A stretch of 61,171 nucleotides of DNA from Myxococcota bacterium (GTDB taxonomy: Bacteria; Myxococcota; Myxococcia; Myxococcales; Myxococcaceae). The translations under genes and the position numbers were made by a program. Of this stretch, positions 42,813-54,338 are shown piece by piece. Location of the stretch: positions 1 to 61,171 of the forward strand of contig JBMORE010000170.1 in the NCBI GenBank assembly GCA_049322255.1, read 5' to 3'. The notes under the pieces were generated by a model. It had not been told where the DNA came from, did no database searches, and was given only the letters and a program-made list of their open reading frames with translations. How positions within the stretch are numbered: position 1 is the first letter of the stretch; each line of letters opens with the position of its first letter.

Positions 42813-43507
42813 CGCTCACGGGCGCGAATGCCCTCGAGGATGATGCCAATCAACGCCTCGGGAATCTGCAGCGGGTTGCCCACCTCTTCCTCGGCGAGCA
42901 CCGCGAGGAGCAGCCGCTCCGAGGCGCCCACCACCGCCAGCGCGCTCACCGCAGGGTGAATGGGGCGGAAGAGCTTGCGCGCGTGCACCACCTGGGTGAG
43001 CGCCACTGCCTCGAGGGCCACCTTCGCCGCCAGCGCCCGCACCGGCCGCCGCGCACCCACCGCCGGGCCGCGGCACTCTTGGAGGTAGAGCCGCAAGACG
43101 TCGGGGTGCTCCAGCACCAACACCGCCAGCGCGGCTCCCACCTCGCGGTAGGCGGCGAACATCTCCTCGCGGCCCTTGGCGGTTGCCAAGCCCTCGCCGC
43201 AGCGCGCGAAGGCGCCCTCCATCTCGCGCTTCGCCGGCTCGAGCAGCGCCGCCACCAGCGCCTCCTTGTCCGCGAAGTAGCGGTAGAAGCCGCCCTTGGC
43301 CATCTTCGCCGCCGAGGTGAGGTCGTCGATGGACACCCCCTCGATGCCCCGCTCGAGGAAGAGTCTCATCGCCGCCGCCTTCAGTGCCCGCTGTTTTTCC
43401 TGGCGATTGAGGTCGCGCACCCCGCCTGGGCGTCCCGGACGCCGTCGCCCTGCGGGGCGGCTGGACAACGGGCGGGCGGAGGTCGAATAATGTGACCGAT
43501 TGGTCAT
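42809..43507 (-). CDS. TetR/AcrR family regulator
   Basis: HTH GIEGVSIDDL...KGGFYRYFADKE. Confidence 0.9.
   Translation of the reverse strand: MTNRSHYSTSARPLSSRPAGRRRPGRPGGVRDLNRQEKQRALKAAAMRLFLERGIEGVSIDDLTSAAKMAKGGFYRYFADKEALVAALLEPAKREMEGAFARCGEGLATAKGREEMFAAYREVGAALAVLVLEHPDVLRLYLQECRGPAVGARRPVRALAAKVALEAVALTQVVHARKLFRPIHPAVSALAVVGASERLLLAVLAEEEVGNPLQIPEALIGIILEGIRARER
43493..43506. promoter_or_regulatory. Probable TetR operator
   Basis: TGACC-GATT-GGTCA palindrome between divergent genes. Confidence 0.6.
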
Positions 43508-43515
43508 AATTTCAC

Positions 43516-43548
43516 CCCTCTCCCGGCGGGAGAGGGCAAGGGTGAGGG
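43516..43548. repeat. BoxC/REP-like palindromic repeat
   Basis: CCCTCTCCCGGCGGGAGAGGGCAAGGGTGAGGG. Confidence 0.8.
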
Positions 43549-43554
43549 ACTCCG

Positions 43555-44052
43555 ATGCTCGGCATACCTCTGGCGCTGGCGTACACCAACATGGGCGAGT
43601 GGCTCATTCACAAGTACGTGCTGCACGGCCTGGGAAAGAACCCCAAGAGCTTCTGGGCCTTTCACTGGCACGACCACCACCGCGAGTCGCGTCAGAACGA
43701 GATGTTCGATCCACAGTACGAGCGCACGCTCCTCTCCTGGTCACCGCAGTCGAAGGAGGCCCTCTCGCTCTTGATGCTCGCGCTGGCGCACGTTCCGCTC
43801 TTTCCGCTGGCGCCTTTCTTCACCGGCACCGTGCTCTACCGGATGTACCGCTACTACGTCATCCACAAGCGCTCCCATCTGGACAGGGAGTGGGCCAAAG
43901 CGCACCTGAGTTGGCACTACGACCACCACATGGGCAAGGACCAAAACGCCAACTGGTGCGTCACCCACCCGTGGTTCGACCAACTGATGGGCACCCGCAA
44001 GGTGTACCGCTACTCCCAAGGTCGCGCCGAAGAGGTGCCTGCGCCGACCTGA
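43555..44052 (+). CDS. Sterol desaturase / fatty acid hydroxylase family protein
   Basis: His boxes HKYVLH, HWHDHH, HKRSH, HYDHH. Confidence 0.85.
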   Translation: MLGIPLALAYTNMGEWLIHKYVLHGLGKNPKSFWAFHWHDHHRESRQNEMFDPQYERTLLSWSPQSKEALSLLMLALAHVPLFPLAPFFTGTVLYRMYRYYVIHKRSHLDREWAKAHLSWHYDHHMGKDQNANWCVTHPWFDQLMGTRKVYRYSQGRAEEVPAPT

Positions 44053-44138
44053 CCCAAGGCACCCGCACGTCCGCCGCGTCGAGCGACGGCCGCGCAGGCG
44101 TGGCGACCCGGCCGTGGCGCCGTCCCTAGCTTTGGAAC

Positions 44139-44699
44139 GTGAGCTTGCTCACGTCCGTGGCCGCGGTTCTGTTCTTGGCGGGCGCCCACCCGGGAGGCGC
44201 TGGGTGGGCGCTCTCCCCTGGGGCCTCGTTCGAGCTCTTGGCGGGAGAGACGGTGTTGCGCGCGCGCTTCGACGCCAGCGGGCTGACAGGAGAGGGGGTG
44301 GCGCTTCGTCATACAGACGAGGCGCTAAGGGGCAGGGTGCTCGGCCGGGAGGTCGCCATTCGGTGGAAGGGCAGGCAGCTCGTGGGGAGAGTGGGCGGTG
44401 AGGCCACCCGGCTTCACATCGACCTTGGGCGAGGCGTGGCGAGGGCGCGAGGGGTTTTCGCCGGGCACGAAAGCGAGCTCTTGTGGGGCCCTCGGGGCAT
44501 CAAGGGGCGAATCGGCGGCTGCACCTACACCCTCGAGGCGGCGTCACAAAGCTATCTGGGAGTGCGGGTGTGCGCGGGCCCGGTGCAGCCCATCCCCACC
44601 GCGCTGGTGCTGCCGCGAGACTTCGAGGCGCTCTCCGAGGTGGAGCAGTTGGCGCTGCTGGCGGTGGTCCTCTCCGCGGCGCCGGTGCCGGTGAGGTGA
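44139..44699 (+). CDS. Secreted hypothetical protein
   Basis: Signal-like N-terminus; GRIGGCTYTL...YLGVRVC. Confidence 0.65.
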   Translation: MSLLTSVAAVLFLAGAHPGGAGWALSPGASFELLAGETVLRARFDASGLTGEGVALRHTDEALRGRVLGREVAIRWKGRQLVGRVGGEATRLHIDLGRGVARARGVFAGHESELLWGPRGIKGRIGGCTYTLEAASQSYLGVRVCAGPVQPIPTALVLPRDFEALSEVEQLALLAVVLSAAPVPVR

Positions 44700-44719
44700 G
44701 CAAAAGGAAGGAGGCCTCG

Positions 44720-45205
44720 ATGAAGGCGCGCTGGAGGGTGCTCGTCGCCGCGGGAACGTTGGCCGTCACGGCCTTCGCCGAGGAGTTTCAATTCGACCTG
44801 CCCGACAATACGCCGGCGATGCGCCAGAACCCGCCTGGCGAAGCGGTCCCTTCCGTGGAGACGCCGCCGGCCAAGCCGCACCAAGTGTCCGGAGAGGTGC
44901 TCTACACAGACGGGGACACCTTGTGGCTGGCGGACGAGGGGAGGGTGATTCCCCTCACCTTGCGGCCGGAGACGGACATCGAGGACACCGAGCTCCTCCC
45001 CGGAGACGAAGTGCGCGCCACCTACGTCATCGAGGAGGGGGCCCGCAAGGTGGCCACCCAGGTCGAGCCGGTAGAGCCGCCTCCGCAGCCGCTCGAGGAG
45101 AGCCAACGCCTGCCGGTGCTGGTGCCGGACGAGGGGGAGTCGAAGGGGCCGGCCAGCCCCCTTCCCCCTCTCCCTGTGGGAGAGGGAAAGGGTGAGGGAC
45201 ATTGA
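44720..45205 (+). CDS. Secreted hypothetical protein (OB-fold-like)
   Basis: AGGAGG RBS, signal peptide TAFA|E, LLPGDEVRATY. Confidence 0.65.
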   Translation: MKARWRVLVAAGTLAVTAFAEEFQFDLPDNTPAMRQNPPGEAVPSVETPPAKPHQVSGEVLYTDGDTLWLADEGRVIPLTLRPETDIEDTELLPGDEVRATYVIEEGARKVATQVEPVEPPPQPLEESQRLPVLVPDEGESKGPASPLPPLPVGEGKGEGH

Positions 45206-45254
45206 GCTCGCGAGCTGGACACCTCTCACCCCGCCCTCTCCCAAAGGGAGAGGG
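45166..45254. repeat. Inverted pair of BoxC/REP-like repeats
   Basis: 45166-45198 and 45222-45254 in opposite orientation around AGCTCGCGAGCT. Confidence 0.8.
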
Positions 45255-45256
45255 AT

Positions 45257-45499
45257 TCAGTACGCCGGCGCGTCGCTGGCGGGGAAGGACTCCATCGAGG
45301 CCTCGGTCACCACGTCGCGCTCACCGCCGGCCAGGCGCGTCTCTCCCGGGGCGATGTCCCAGCGGCCGTGGCTTGCTTCCGCGCTCGGCACGGGCGGCAT
45401 CCGTTCGTGTGCCCGGGCGCTCACCTGGCGGGCGACGAGGAAGACGCGGCCGAGAACGACGCAGCCGGCACCCACCGCAACCAGACGCAGAAAGCGCAT
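45257..45499 (-). CDS. Small protein with an ESFPASDxP motif
   Basis: N-terminal TM; C-terminal DVVTEASMESFPASDAPAY. Confidence 0.65.
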   Translation of the reverse strand: MRFLRLVAVGAGCVVLGRVFLVARQVSARAHERMPPVPSAEASHGRWDIAPGETRLAGGERDVVTEASMESFPASDAPAY

Positions 45500-45547
45500 A
45501 CGTGGCAAAGATGTGCATTCGAGCCTCTTGGGCGTAGGGTGCGTTGG

Positions 45548-46357
45548 GTGGACATCGACCTCGTCCAGCTGGACAAGGACCACCCCGGCTTTCGCGACGG
45601 GGCCTATCGACGGCGGCGAAACGACATCGCCCGCATCGCCCTGGCGCACCGGTTGGGCGCTTCGCCGCCGTCGATTGTCTACACCCCCGAGGAGCACGAG
45701 GTGTGGCGCATCGCCCTGGAGAAGCTCGCTCCGTTGCACGCGCGCTACGCCTGCGAGGCCTTCACCTCCTTTTGGCCGAAGCTGGGCTTCTCGCCCGAAC
45801 GCGTACCGCAGTTTGCGCAAGTCAACGCCTCTCTGGCCTCGCTCTCCGGGTTTCGCCTCTCGCCAGTGGCGGGCCTGGTGACGCCGTCGGCCTTCATGAG
45901 CCACCTGGCGCAAGACACCTTCCTCGCCACCCAATACATGCGCCACCACAGCGCGCCGCTCTACACCCCGGAGCCGGACGTCATCCACGAGCTGGTGGGC
46001 CACGCGGCGCTGCTCGCCCACCCCGCTTTCGCCGCCACCAACCGCCGCTTCGGCTTGGCCACGCTGGCCGCCAACGAGGCCACGGTGGAAGCGCTCATTC
46101 GCGTCTACTGGTACGCGCTGGAGTTCGGAGTGGTGAAGGGCCGCCGTGGGCTGGAGGTGGTGGGCGCCGGGCTCCTCTCGTCGTTCGGAGAGCTGGGCCG
46201 CTTCGAGAAAGAAGCCGAGCTGCGCCCCTTCGACCTGACGGAGGTGGCGCGCACCCCCTTCGACCCCACCGACTACCAGCGGGTGCTCTTCGTGGCCGAG
46301 GGCGCCGAGGCGCTGTTGTCGACCCTCGATGCCTGGCTGGAAGAAATCGCCCGGTAG
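45548..46357 (+). CDS. phhA: Phenylalanine 4-monooxygenase
   Basis: DHPGF, TQYMRH, YTPEPDVIHELVGH, EFGV, GAGLLSSFGE. Confidence 0.9.
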   Translation: MDIDLVQLDKDHPGFRDGAYRRRRNDIARIALAHRLGASPPSIVYTPEEHEVWRIALEKLAPLHARYACEAFTSFWPKLGFSPERVPQFAQVNASLASLSGFRLSPVAGLVTPSAFMSHLAQDTFLATQYMRHHSAPLYTPEPDVIHELVGHAALLAHPAFAATNRRFGLATLAANEATVEALIRVYWYALEFGVVKGRRGLEVVGAGLLSSFGELGRFEKEAELRPFDLTEVARTPFDPTDYQRVLFVAEGAEALLSTLDAWLEEIAR

Positions 46358-46363
46358 GTTCCG

Positions 46364-46552
46364 CTACGTCCAAAGGATGGGCACAGCATAGGGCTCCAGC
46401 CGGCGGTCGTGGGTCACCAGGGTCAGGCCCTCCAGCTGGGCTTGAGCGACGAGCATTCGGTCGAACGGGTCATGGTGGTGTTTGGGCAGTAAAGCCGCGG
46501 CCTCGGCGTGGCTCATCGTGATGGCGAGCTTCTCCAGCCCAGACTCATCCAC
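46364..46552 (-). pseudogene. C-terminal remnant of a PIN/VapC toxin
   Basis: HHHDPFDRMLVAQAQLEGLTLVTHD present; no N-terminal LDT motif upstream in frame; no antitoxin. Confidence 0.75.
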
Positions 46553-46659
46553 CTTCTCTTTCGAGCCACCCGGTTTCCGCCGCTTCTTTCCACCCCGGAG
46601 CGGTACGAAAGCCCGGTAGCCAGTTTGGTGCCGCCGCGCGGATCCGGTAGGGTGTTTTC

Positions 46660-47544
46660 ATGCCCCAGGTCAATCGCCCTTCGTCGACCACGATTCCGCA
46701 GGCCGCCGGCTCGACGAACAGCTACACCGTGCGCAGCGGCGACACGCTCGCCGCCATCGCCTCCCGTCACGGAACCACGGCGGCCGCCCTGGTGGAGGCG
46801 AACAAGGCGCGCTATCCCTCGCTGGAAAGCAACCCCGGCGCCATCCAGGTCGGCTGGAGCTTGAGCCTGCCCACCGGCAGCCCGAAAGCCACATCGCCAG
46901 CGGCGGCGAATCAGGGTTGGCGGCCGCGCTCCAACAACGACGTGCTCATGGTGGGGATGAACGAGGGAGTGCAATACGAGGCGACCGAGCTGCGCAAAAG
47001 GGGCGTCAACGTCGACGTGATTACCGACGCCCGTGAGAACGACAAGGTTTCGGTCAACGGCCGCACCTATGACCTCNNNNNNNNNNNNNNNNNNNNNNNN
47101 NNNNNNNNNNNNNNNNNNNNNNNNNNNNNNNNNNNNNNNNNNNNNNNNNNNNNNNNNNNNNNNNNNNNNNNNNNNNGGCGAGCTGCGCGAGTTCTACAAT
47201 TACCTGCAGCGCCTCATTCAGCACCCCGAGCTGCCCGCTGCCGAGCGCCCGGGGCTCCAGGCCCAGCGCGACACCACCATTCGGCTCATCTTCTACGGCT
47301 CGCACATCGCGCCCAAGTTCGCCGCGCAGCACCAGGCGGCCATCTCCGCCGGCTTTCAGGCAGCGGGGCTGGAGGTGCCCAACTTCGCCACCTTGAGCCG
47401 CGGCGAGGCGATGGCGAAGATTGAGCAGTTCAACCAGGCGGTGGGCAGGATGTCCAACCCACCGCCCGCGGTGACCCGGCTGGCCCCGCTGCTCAACGAC
47501 GGCCTGCGCGACTTGAAGCCCGGCGTCATCCCCGAAACCTGGGT

Positions 47545-47548
<4 letters not shown>
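46660..47548 (+). CDS. LysM domain protein interrupted by an assembly gap
   Basis: [13 protein letters not shown]...[10 protein letters not shown]; coding-like frame resumes after the gap and stops at 47548. Confidence 0.7.
47077..47176. other. Assembly gap (100 N)
   Basis: N run. Confidence 1.
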
Positions 47549-48810
<1,262 letters not shown>

Positions 48811-48851
48811 GACAACCTCCTCCTTTTTGGGGTGCGACGGTGAAGACTTCT

Positions 48852-50456
48852 TCAAGACTCCTGAATGAGCAGCTCGTAAGCGGGCAAGGTGAGGAACTCT
48901 TCGAAGCGCTCGGAGGTGACCAGCTGGGTGAAAAGCTGCGCCGCCTTCGGGTAGCGCCCGCTCTCGAAGCGCGTTTGGCCCACCTCGGCGCGGATTTTGG
49001 ACAGCTCTTCCTGCAAGGTGGTGCGGAAGAGCTGGGCGGTGACTTTGCGCCCGTCCTCGAGGAGGGCGCCGTGGCGAATCCACTGCCACAGCTGGGCGCG
49101 GGAGATTTCGGCGGTGGCCGCGTCCTCCATCAGGTGGAAGAGGGGCACGCAGCCTTGCCCGGAGAGCCAGGCCTCGAGGTACTGCACGCCCACGTTGACG
49201 TTCTGGCGTAAGCCCGCCTCGGTGCGGGTGCCTTGAGGCACTTGGAGCAAGTCGACGGCGGCGACGTGCACCTCCGGGCGCTGGCGGTCGAGCTGGTTTT
49301 TGCCCTTCATGTGGGCGTCGAAGACTTCTTTGGCCAAGGCCACCAAGCCGGGGTGAGCGACCCAGGTGCCGTCGTGGCCGTCCTGCACCTCGCGCAGCTT
49401 GTCGGCGCGGACCTTCTCCAGCGCCTCCCGGTTGGCCGCTTCGTCGTGCTTGATGGGAATCTGCGCCGCCATGCCGCCCATCGCGTGGGCTCCGCGGCGG
49501 TGGCAGGTCTTCACCACCAAGGAGGTGTAGGCGCGCAAGAAGGGCTGGGTCATCGTCACCTGCGCGCGGTCGGGCAAGACGAAGGCCGGGTCTTGGCGCA
49601 GCTTCTTGATGAAGCTGAAGATGTAGTCCCAGCGGCCGCAGTTGAGCCCCGCCGAGTGGTCGCGTAGCTCATAGAGAATCTCGTCCATTTCGAAGGCCGC
49701 CGGGAGCGTCTCGATGAGCACGGTGGCCTTGATGGTGCCCTTGGGTACATCCAGCCGTTGTTGGGCGCGCAGGAAGACGTCGTTCCACAGCCGCGCCTCG
49801 AGGTGGCTCTCGAGCTTGGGGAGATAGAAGTAGGGCCCGGTCTTCTTGGCCAAGAGGGCGCGGGCGTTGTGGAAGAAGAAGAGCCCGAAGTCGAAGAGCG
49901 CCGCGGGCACGCTGCGGCCGTCGACCTCCAGGTGTTTTTCCCACAGGTGCCAGCCGCGCGGGCGCACCATCAAGGTGGCGGTCTTTTCCTGGAGCCGGTA
50001 GTGCTTGCCCCCCGCCTGGAGCGCGATGGTGCCGCGCACCGCGTCGAGGAGGTTCTTCTGCCCCTGGACGTTGTTGTCCCAGGTGGGGGCGTTGGAGTCC
50101 TCGAAGTCGGCCATGAAGACGTTGGCGCCCGAGTTGAGGGCGTTGATGATCATCTTCCGGTCCACCGGGCCGGTGATTTCCACCCGGCGGTCGGCGAGGT
50201 CGGCGGGCCCCGGCGCCACCCTCCACTCTCCCTCGCGTACGTTTTGGGTCTGGGGGAGAAAGTCGGGCCGCTCGCCGGCGTCGAAGCGCTCCTGGCGAAG
50301 CCTTCGTGCCTCCAGTAGCTCGCCGACCCGGGGAGCAAAGGTGCGTACCAAGTCGGCCACGAAGGCCAGCGCCTGCTCGCTCAAGACCTCCTCGTCGCCT
50401 GCTCGCCGCGCGCCCTTCGCCACCACCCCGGGGACCCGCTCCTCGCCTTGGCGCAT
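48852..50456 (-). CDS. aceB: Malate synthase A
   Basis: [42 protein letters not shown]. Confidence 0.97.
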   Translation of the reverse strand: MRQGEERVPGVVAKGARRAGDEEVLSEQALAFVADLVRTFAPRVGELLEARRLRQERFDAGERPDFLPQTQNVREGEWRVAPGPADLADRRVEITGPVDRKMIINALNSGANVFMADFEDSNAPTWDNNVQGQKNLLDAVRGTIALQAGGKHYRLQEKTATLMVRPRGWHLWEKHLEVDGRSVPAALFDFGLFFFHNARALLAKKTGPYFYLPKLESHLEARLWNDVFLRAQQRLDVPKGTIKATVLIETLPAAFEMDEILYELRDHSAGLNCGRWDYIFSFIKKLRQDPAFVLPDRAQVTMTQPFLRAYTSLVVKTCHRRGAHAMGGMAAQIPIKHDEAANREALEKVRADKLREVQDGHDGTWVAHPGLVALAKEVFDAHMKGKNQLDRQRPEVHVAAVDLLQVPQGTRTEAGLRQNVNVGVQYLEAWLSGQGCVPLFHLMEDAATAEISRAQLWQWIRHGALLEDGRKVTAQLFRTTLQEELSKIRAEVGQTRFESGRYPKAAQLFTQLVTSERFEEFLTLPAYELLIQES

Positions 50457-50744
50457 GAAACGCTCCTCTCACGCAAAAAGTGATGAGAGTATTGATGCGA
50501 TGCGATGTAAAATCAATAAGACTTTGAATACACTGACGAAAAACACCTCCACGGGCCTCCGATGACCGCGAAATTGCAGGGCATTTAGTAAATTTGTCGA
50601 TTGCCTCTTCGGCCGGTGAGTAAACGGGCCGGGGAGCGACCGCACGAATTTGCACGACGCGACTTGATCTCCCTGTGCAGGGTCGTCACCATGCGCGGCT
50701 TTCGAGGAAGCCCTGGCCCGTTTCCTCGTCCATCGGAGGACCGC

Positions 50745-53700
50745 ATGACCCGTGCTTCGCTCCCGCTGGTGTTGGTGGCGCTCGTTTCCCTCGTGGGCTG
50801 TGACTGCGGGCGCAAGCCGGAGGTGACGCAAAGCTACGCGGAGCTGGGGGTGGTTTGGCGAGACAAGAGCGGGGCGGAGCGAACGGACAGGGACGCCACC
50901 TTCGATTTCGGCGCGGCGCTGGTGGGCGAGCGGGTGCCCAAGAAGTTGGTCATCAAGAACTTGGGAACCGGTCCACTCACCTTGCTTTCCCTTGAGCAGG
51001 TCGAGGGAGACGAGGTGGCCATCGGCGTACCCTCGGCCACCGCCTCCTTCGAGGTGCGCTTCACCGCGGGGCAAACCATCGGCGCGCTCGAGGAAGTGGA
51101 GCTGGACATGTTCTTCACCCCGGTGGAGCCCTCCAAGTCCCACCTGGCGCACCTGGTGCTCAGAGGCGGCGGCACCGACCCGGAGGCGAGCACCGCCACA
51201 ATCACCCTCCTGGGCAGCTCGGCGGCGGCGGGGTGCCAGCTGCCCAAAGAAATCGACTTCGGGCGGGTGTTGCTCAACGAGACGGCGCAGGCGGCCTACG
51301 ACATTCACAACCTCACCGCGGTGCCCACCTCGGGGACGGCGAGCGAGATTTATTCTGCCAACGCCGACTTTTTGGCCTTCGGGTTCGCCAACGGCTCTCC
51401 GGGAGAGGGCCCGTTTTCGCTCCCCGGCGGCGGCACCACCACCTTCACCTTCGAGTTCCGCCCCACCGAGGCGCGCGCGTACACCGCGTCCATTCGGCTG
51501 CGCGCGGCCAGCGCCTGCCCGGAGGTGGAAGTCACCCTGAAGGGCGAGGGCACCGACACCCTCTTGTCGTGGACGCCGAGCACCCTGCACTTCGGACCGG
51601 TGAGCCCGGGCACCCCCGTCCAGCGCACCCTCACCTTCTTCAACGTGGGCAAGACACCGGTGACGCTCTCGAACCTCGCCACCACCCTGGCCAGTGACTT
51701 CGGAGTGCAGGCGGGCGCCAGCGGCGACCCCACCACCCTGGTGGTGCCGGGCGGCGGGGTGCCCACCGAGCTGGTGGTGGTGTGCAACGCCTCGCAGCTG
51801 GGCCCGCGGGAGGCGCAGCTTACCTTCACCACCAACCTTTCCGGGCAGCCCTCCGGCGCGGTGCCGCTCAAGGCGTACGGGGGCGGGCCGAAAATCACCG
51901 TCATCCCCCGGCCGACCCTGGCCTTCGGGAAGGTGGGCTACTTCGCCAACGCCAACCCGGCGCCACAGGTGGTGCGCAAGCTGACGGTGATGAACACCGG
52001 TACCAAACCCAACCCGCCGGACGTGAGCGTGAACCTCCACCTGGGCTCGGTGGACGCGACGACCGGCCTGCCCGGCCAGCTGCCTTACGTCACGGTGACG
52101 CCGCTCAACGGCAACACCGCGGCAGGGGAATTCACCGTGGGCGTGCCGCAGGCCTACGACCCCAGCGTGGGTCTCGAGGCCACCCCGGGCAAGAACCTGG
52201 TGGATTTGGTGGTGACCCTCACCCCCGCCTCGGTGGGCGCCAAAGAGGCGGAGCTGACCGTCTTCTCCAACGACCCCACGGAGCCGGCGGTGAAGATTCG
52301 CCTCACCGCGGATGCGCAAGTGCTGCCGCCCTGCAACTACGCCCTCTCCCCGGCGCAGCTCAACTTCGGTCTGGTGACCCCGCCCAACTTCAAAGAGCTG
52401 CCTTTGACCATCACCAACTTGAGCCAGGCGGCGGGCGACGTCTGTTACCTCACCGGGTTGGAAATCGCCGCGGGGAGCGACCCGGCCTACAGCATCGTGG
52501 GAGGCCCGGTGGCGGCCAAAGACTTGATGCCCGGCGAGGCGTGGCAGGTGCGGGTGCGGGTGGCGCCGCAGGGCGCGCAGCCCAGCACGACGGTCAACCT
52601 CCTGGGCAACCTCACCTTCAACATCTCGTCGCCCACGAAGCCGCAAGGGGTGGTGCCGCTCTCCACCGCGGTGGGACCGGTGTGTCTGACCATCGCTCCC
52701 GACACCCTCGACTTCGGCACGGTGAAGAAAGACTGCAACTCCCCGGCGCGGACCTTCACCCTCTACAACACGTGCTCGCAGAATGTGACCATCGGCTCCT
52801 TCACCGTGCAAGCCGGAGCCGGTCAACCCGCGGGCGGCCCCAACTGTCCGGGCACTTCCCCTTGTCCCGAGTTCCACCTGGTGTCGACCCCGCCCATTCC
52901 CTCCGGTGGGCTGACGATGCAGCCCGGCTCGGCGCCGTTGACCTTCACCGCCAAATACCGGCCCATCGACGTGGGCTCGGACTCGGGAGCGATTGCCATC
53001 AACGCCATCCAGGGCGGGCAGAACGTGAGCTACCTGGTGACGCTGCAGGGCACCGGCGACCTGCTAGGGCTACACACCGACGTCTTCGTGCAGGACGCCG
53101 CGCCCAAGGCCGACATCCTCTTCACCATCGACAACTCCTGCTCGATGGGTGACGAGCAGCAGTCGTTGGCGAGCAACTTCGCCAGCTTCATCGCCTACGC
53201 CAACTCCACCAACGCCGACTACCACCTGGGGGTCACCACCACCGACGACTCCGAGCCCCTCCCCGGACCCTTCCCCCTGCCTTCAGGAGACCGGGGACGG
53301 TTGCGCGGTGACGCGAGTAACCCCAAGGTGCTCACCCGGAGTACGCCCAACGTGGCGCAGCTGTTTCAGCAGAAGGTGAACGTGGGCACCATGGGCAGCG
53401 CCAGCGAAAGAGGTTTCTCTCCTTCGCTCAAGGCGGTCACTCCGCCCCTGGTGAGCAACGAGAACGCGGGGTTCTTGCGCTACGACGCCTACCTGGCGGT
53501 GGTGGTGGTGACCGACGAGGCGGAGCAATCGCCGGAGGCGGTGACCTGGTACTACAACCAATTCTTGAACGTGAAGGGCTTCAACCGCGCCAACCTCTTC
53601 ACCTTCAACGTCATCGGCCCGTTCGACAGCACCAATTGCCCCGGCGACGACGGGCGCTACGCCACGATGGTGAGCCTTACCGGCGGCTTGCAGGACAACG

Positions 53701-53954
53701 TCTGCACCCCCAGCTGGTCCAACACCCTGCAGCAACTGGGGAAGACCGCCTTCGGGTACCGCACCCAGTTCTTCTTGAACAACACCCCCGACACCACCGG
53801 AGGCAAGAGCATCGAAGTGAAGATTGACGGGGTCGCCGTGCCTTCCACCGACTGGAGCTACGACCCGGTGGCCAACGCCATCGTCTTCGATGCGGCCAAG
53901 ACGCCGGGGCCGGGACAGACGCTGTCGGTCACCTACTACGTCGCCTGCCTGTGA
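50745..53954 (+). CDS. Large lipoprotein with tandem Ig-like (choice-of-anchor D/ASH-like) repeats and a C-terminal VWA domain
   Basis: Lipobox LVGC; repeated (L/I)xFG.V modules; MIDAS DILFTIDNSCSM, VVTDE. Confidence 0.85.
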   Translation: MTRASLPLVLVALVSLVGCDCGRKPEVTQSYAELGVVWRDKSGAERTDRDATFDFGAALVGERVPKKLVIKNLGTGPLTLLSLEQVEGDEVAIGVPSATASFEVRFTAGQTIGALEEVELDMFFTPVEPSKSHLAHLVLRGGGTDPEASTATITLLGSSAAAGCQLPKEIDFGRVLLNETAQAAYDIHNLTAVPTSGTASEIYSANADFLAFGFANGSPGEGPFSLPGGGTTTFTFEFRPTEARAYTASIRLRAASACPEVEVTLKGEGTDTLLSWTPSTLHFGPVSPGTPVQRTLTFFNVGKTPVTLSNLATTLASDFGVQAGASGDPTTLVVPGGGVPTELVVVCNASQLGPREAQLTFTTNLSGQPSGAVPLKAYGGGPKITVIPRPTLAFGKVGYFANANPAPQVVRKLTVMNTGTKPNPPDVSVNLHLGSVDATTGLPGQLPYVTVTPLNGNTAAGEFTVGVPQAYDPSVGLEATPGKNLVDLVVTLTPASVGAKEAELTVFSNDPTEPAVKIRLTADAQVLPPCNYALSPAQLNFGLVTPPNFKELPLTITNLSQAAGDVCYLTGLEIAAGSDPAYSIVGGPVAAKDLMPGEAWQVRVRVAPQGAQPSTTVNLLGNLTFNISSPTKPQGVVPLSTAVGPVCLTIAPDTLDFGTVKKDCNSPARTFTLYNTCSQNVTIGSFTVQAGAGQPAGGPNCPGTSPCPEFHLVSTPPIPSGGLTMQPGSAPLTFTAKYRPIDVGSDSGAIAINAIQGGQNVSYLVTLQGTGDLLGLHTDVFVQDAAPKADILFTIDNSCSMGDEQQSLASNFASFIAYANSTNADYHLGVTTTDDSEPLPGPFPLPSGDRGRLRGDASNPKVLTRSTPNVAQLFQQKVNVGTMGSASERGFSPSLKAVTPPLVSNENAGFLRYDAYLAVVVVTDEAEQSPEAVTWYYNQFLNVKGFNRANLFTFNVIGPFDSTNCPGDDGRYATMVSLTGGLQDNVCTPSWSNTLQQLGKTAFGYRTQFFLNNTPDTTGGKSIEVKIDGVAVPSTDWSYDPVANAIVFDAAKTPGPGQTLSVTYYVACL

Positions 53955-54202
53955 GACGCTTCGCCGCCGTCGTCGTGCTGGCGCTCCTGGCTGCGTGCGG
54001 CGGGGAGGGGGCGTGCGTCATCGACTCCCCCACCGGCAACCCCGGCTGGGAGGCCTGCCACGACGGGTGGAGCGCCGAAGAGTGCGCCGAGCGCGGCAGC
54101 GAAGCGGTGTTTCATGGGGGCAGCTGCGAGGGGCTGGGCTACACCCAGCAGTGCCCGGGAGAGACCGGCTCCAAGCGCCTTCCCAGCTACTCCTGCCGCT
54201 GA
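53951..54202 (+). CDS. Small Cys-rich lipoprotein
   Basis: Lipobox LAAC; six further Cys; GTGA overlap with the upstream gene. Confidence 0.7.
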   Translation: MRRFAAVVVLALLAACGGEGACVIDSPTGNPGWEACHDGWSAEECAERGSEAVFHGGSCEGLGYTQQCPGETGSKRLPSYSCR

Positions 54203-54272
54203 CCGCGGAGGGCGGCTGTGTTACGGCCAGGGCTGTCGGGGGTTGGCTTCGTGGCGGGAGTCATGCACCCGG

Positions 54273-54326
54273 TTGCGAGCGGAGATTCGATTATTAATAA
54301 TGGTGTTAGCATTGCCGTTTACACCA
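54273..54326 (+). promoter_or_regulatory. TA promoter and operator
   Basis: TTGCGA-17-AATAAT; perfect palindrome ATTATTAATAAT 54290-54301; IR TGGTGT/ACACCA 54301-54326. Confidence 0.55.
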
Positions 54327-54338
54327 CAGGAGGACGAA

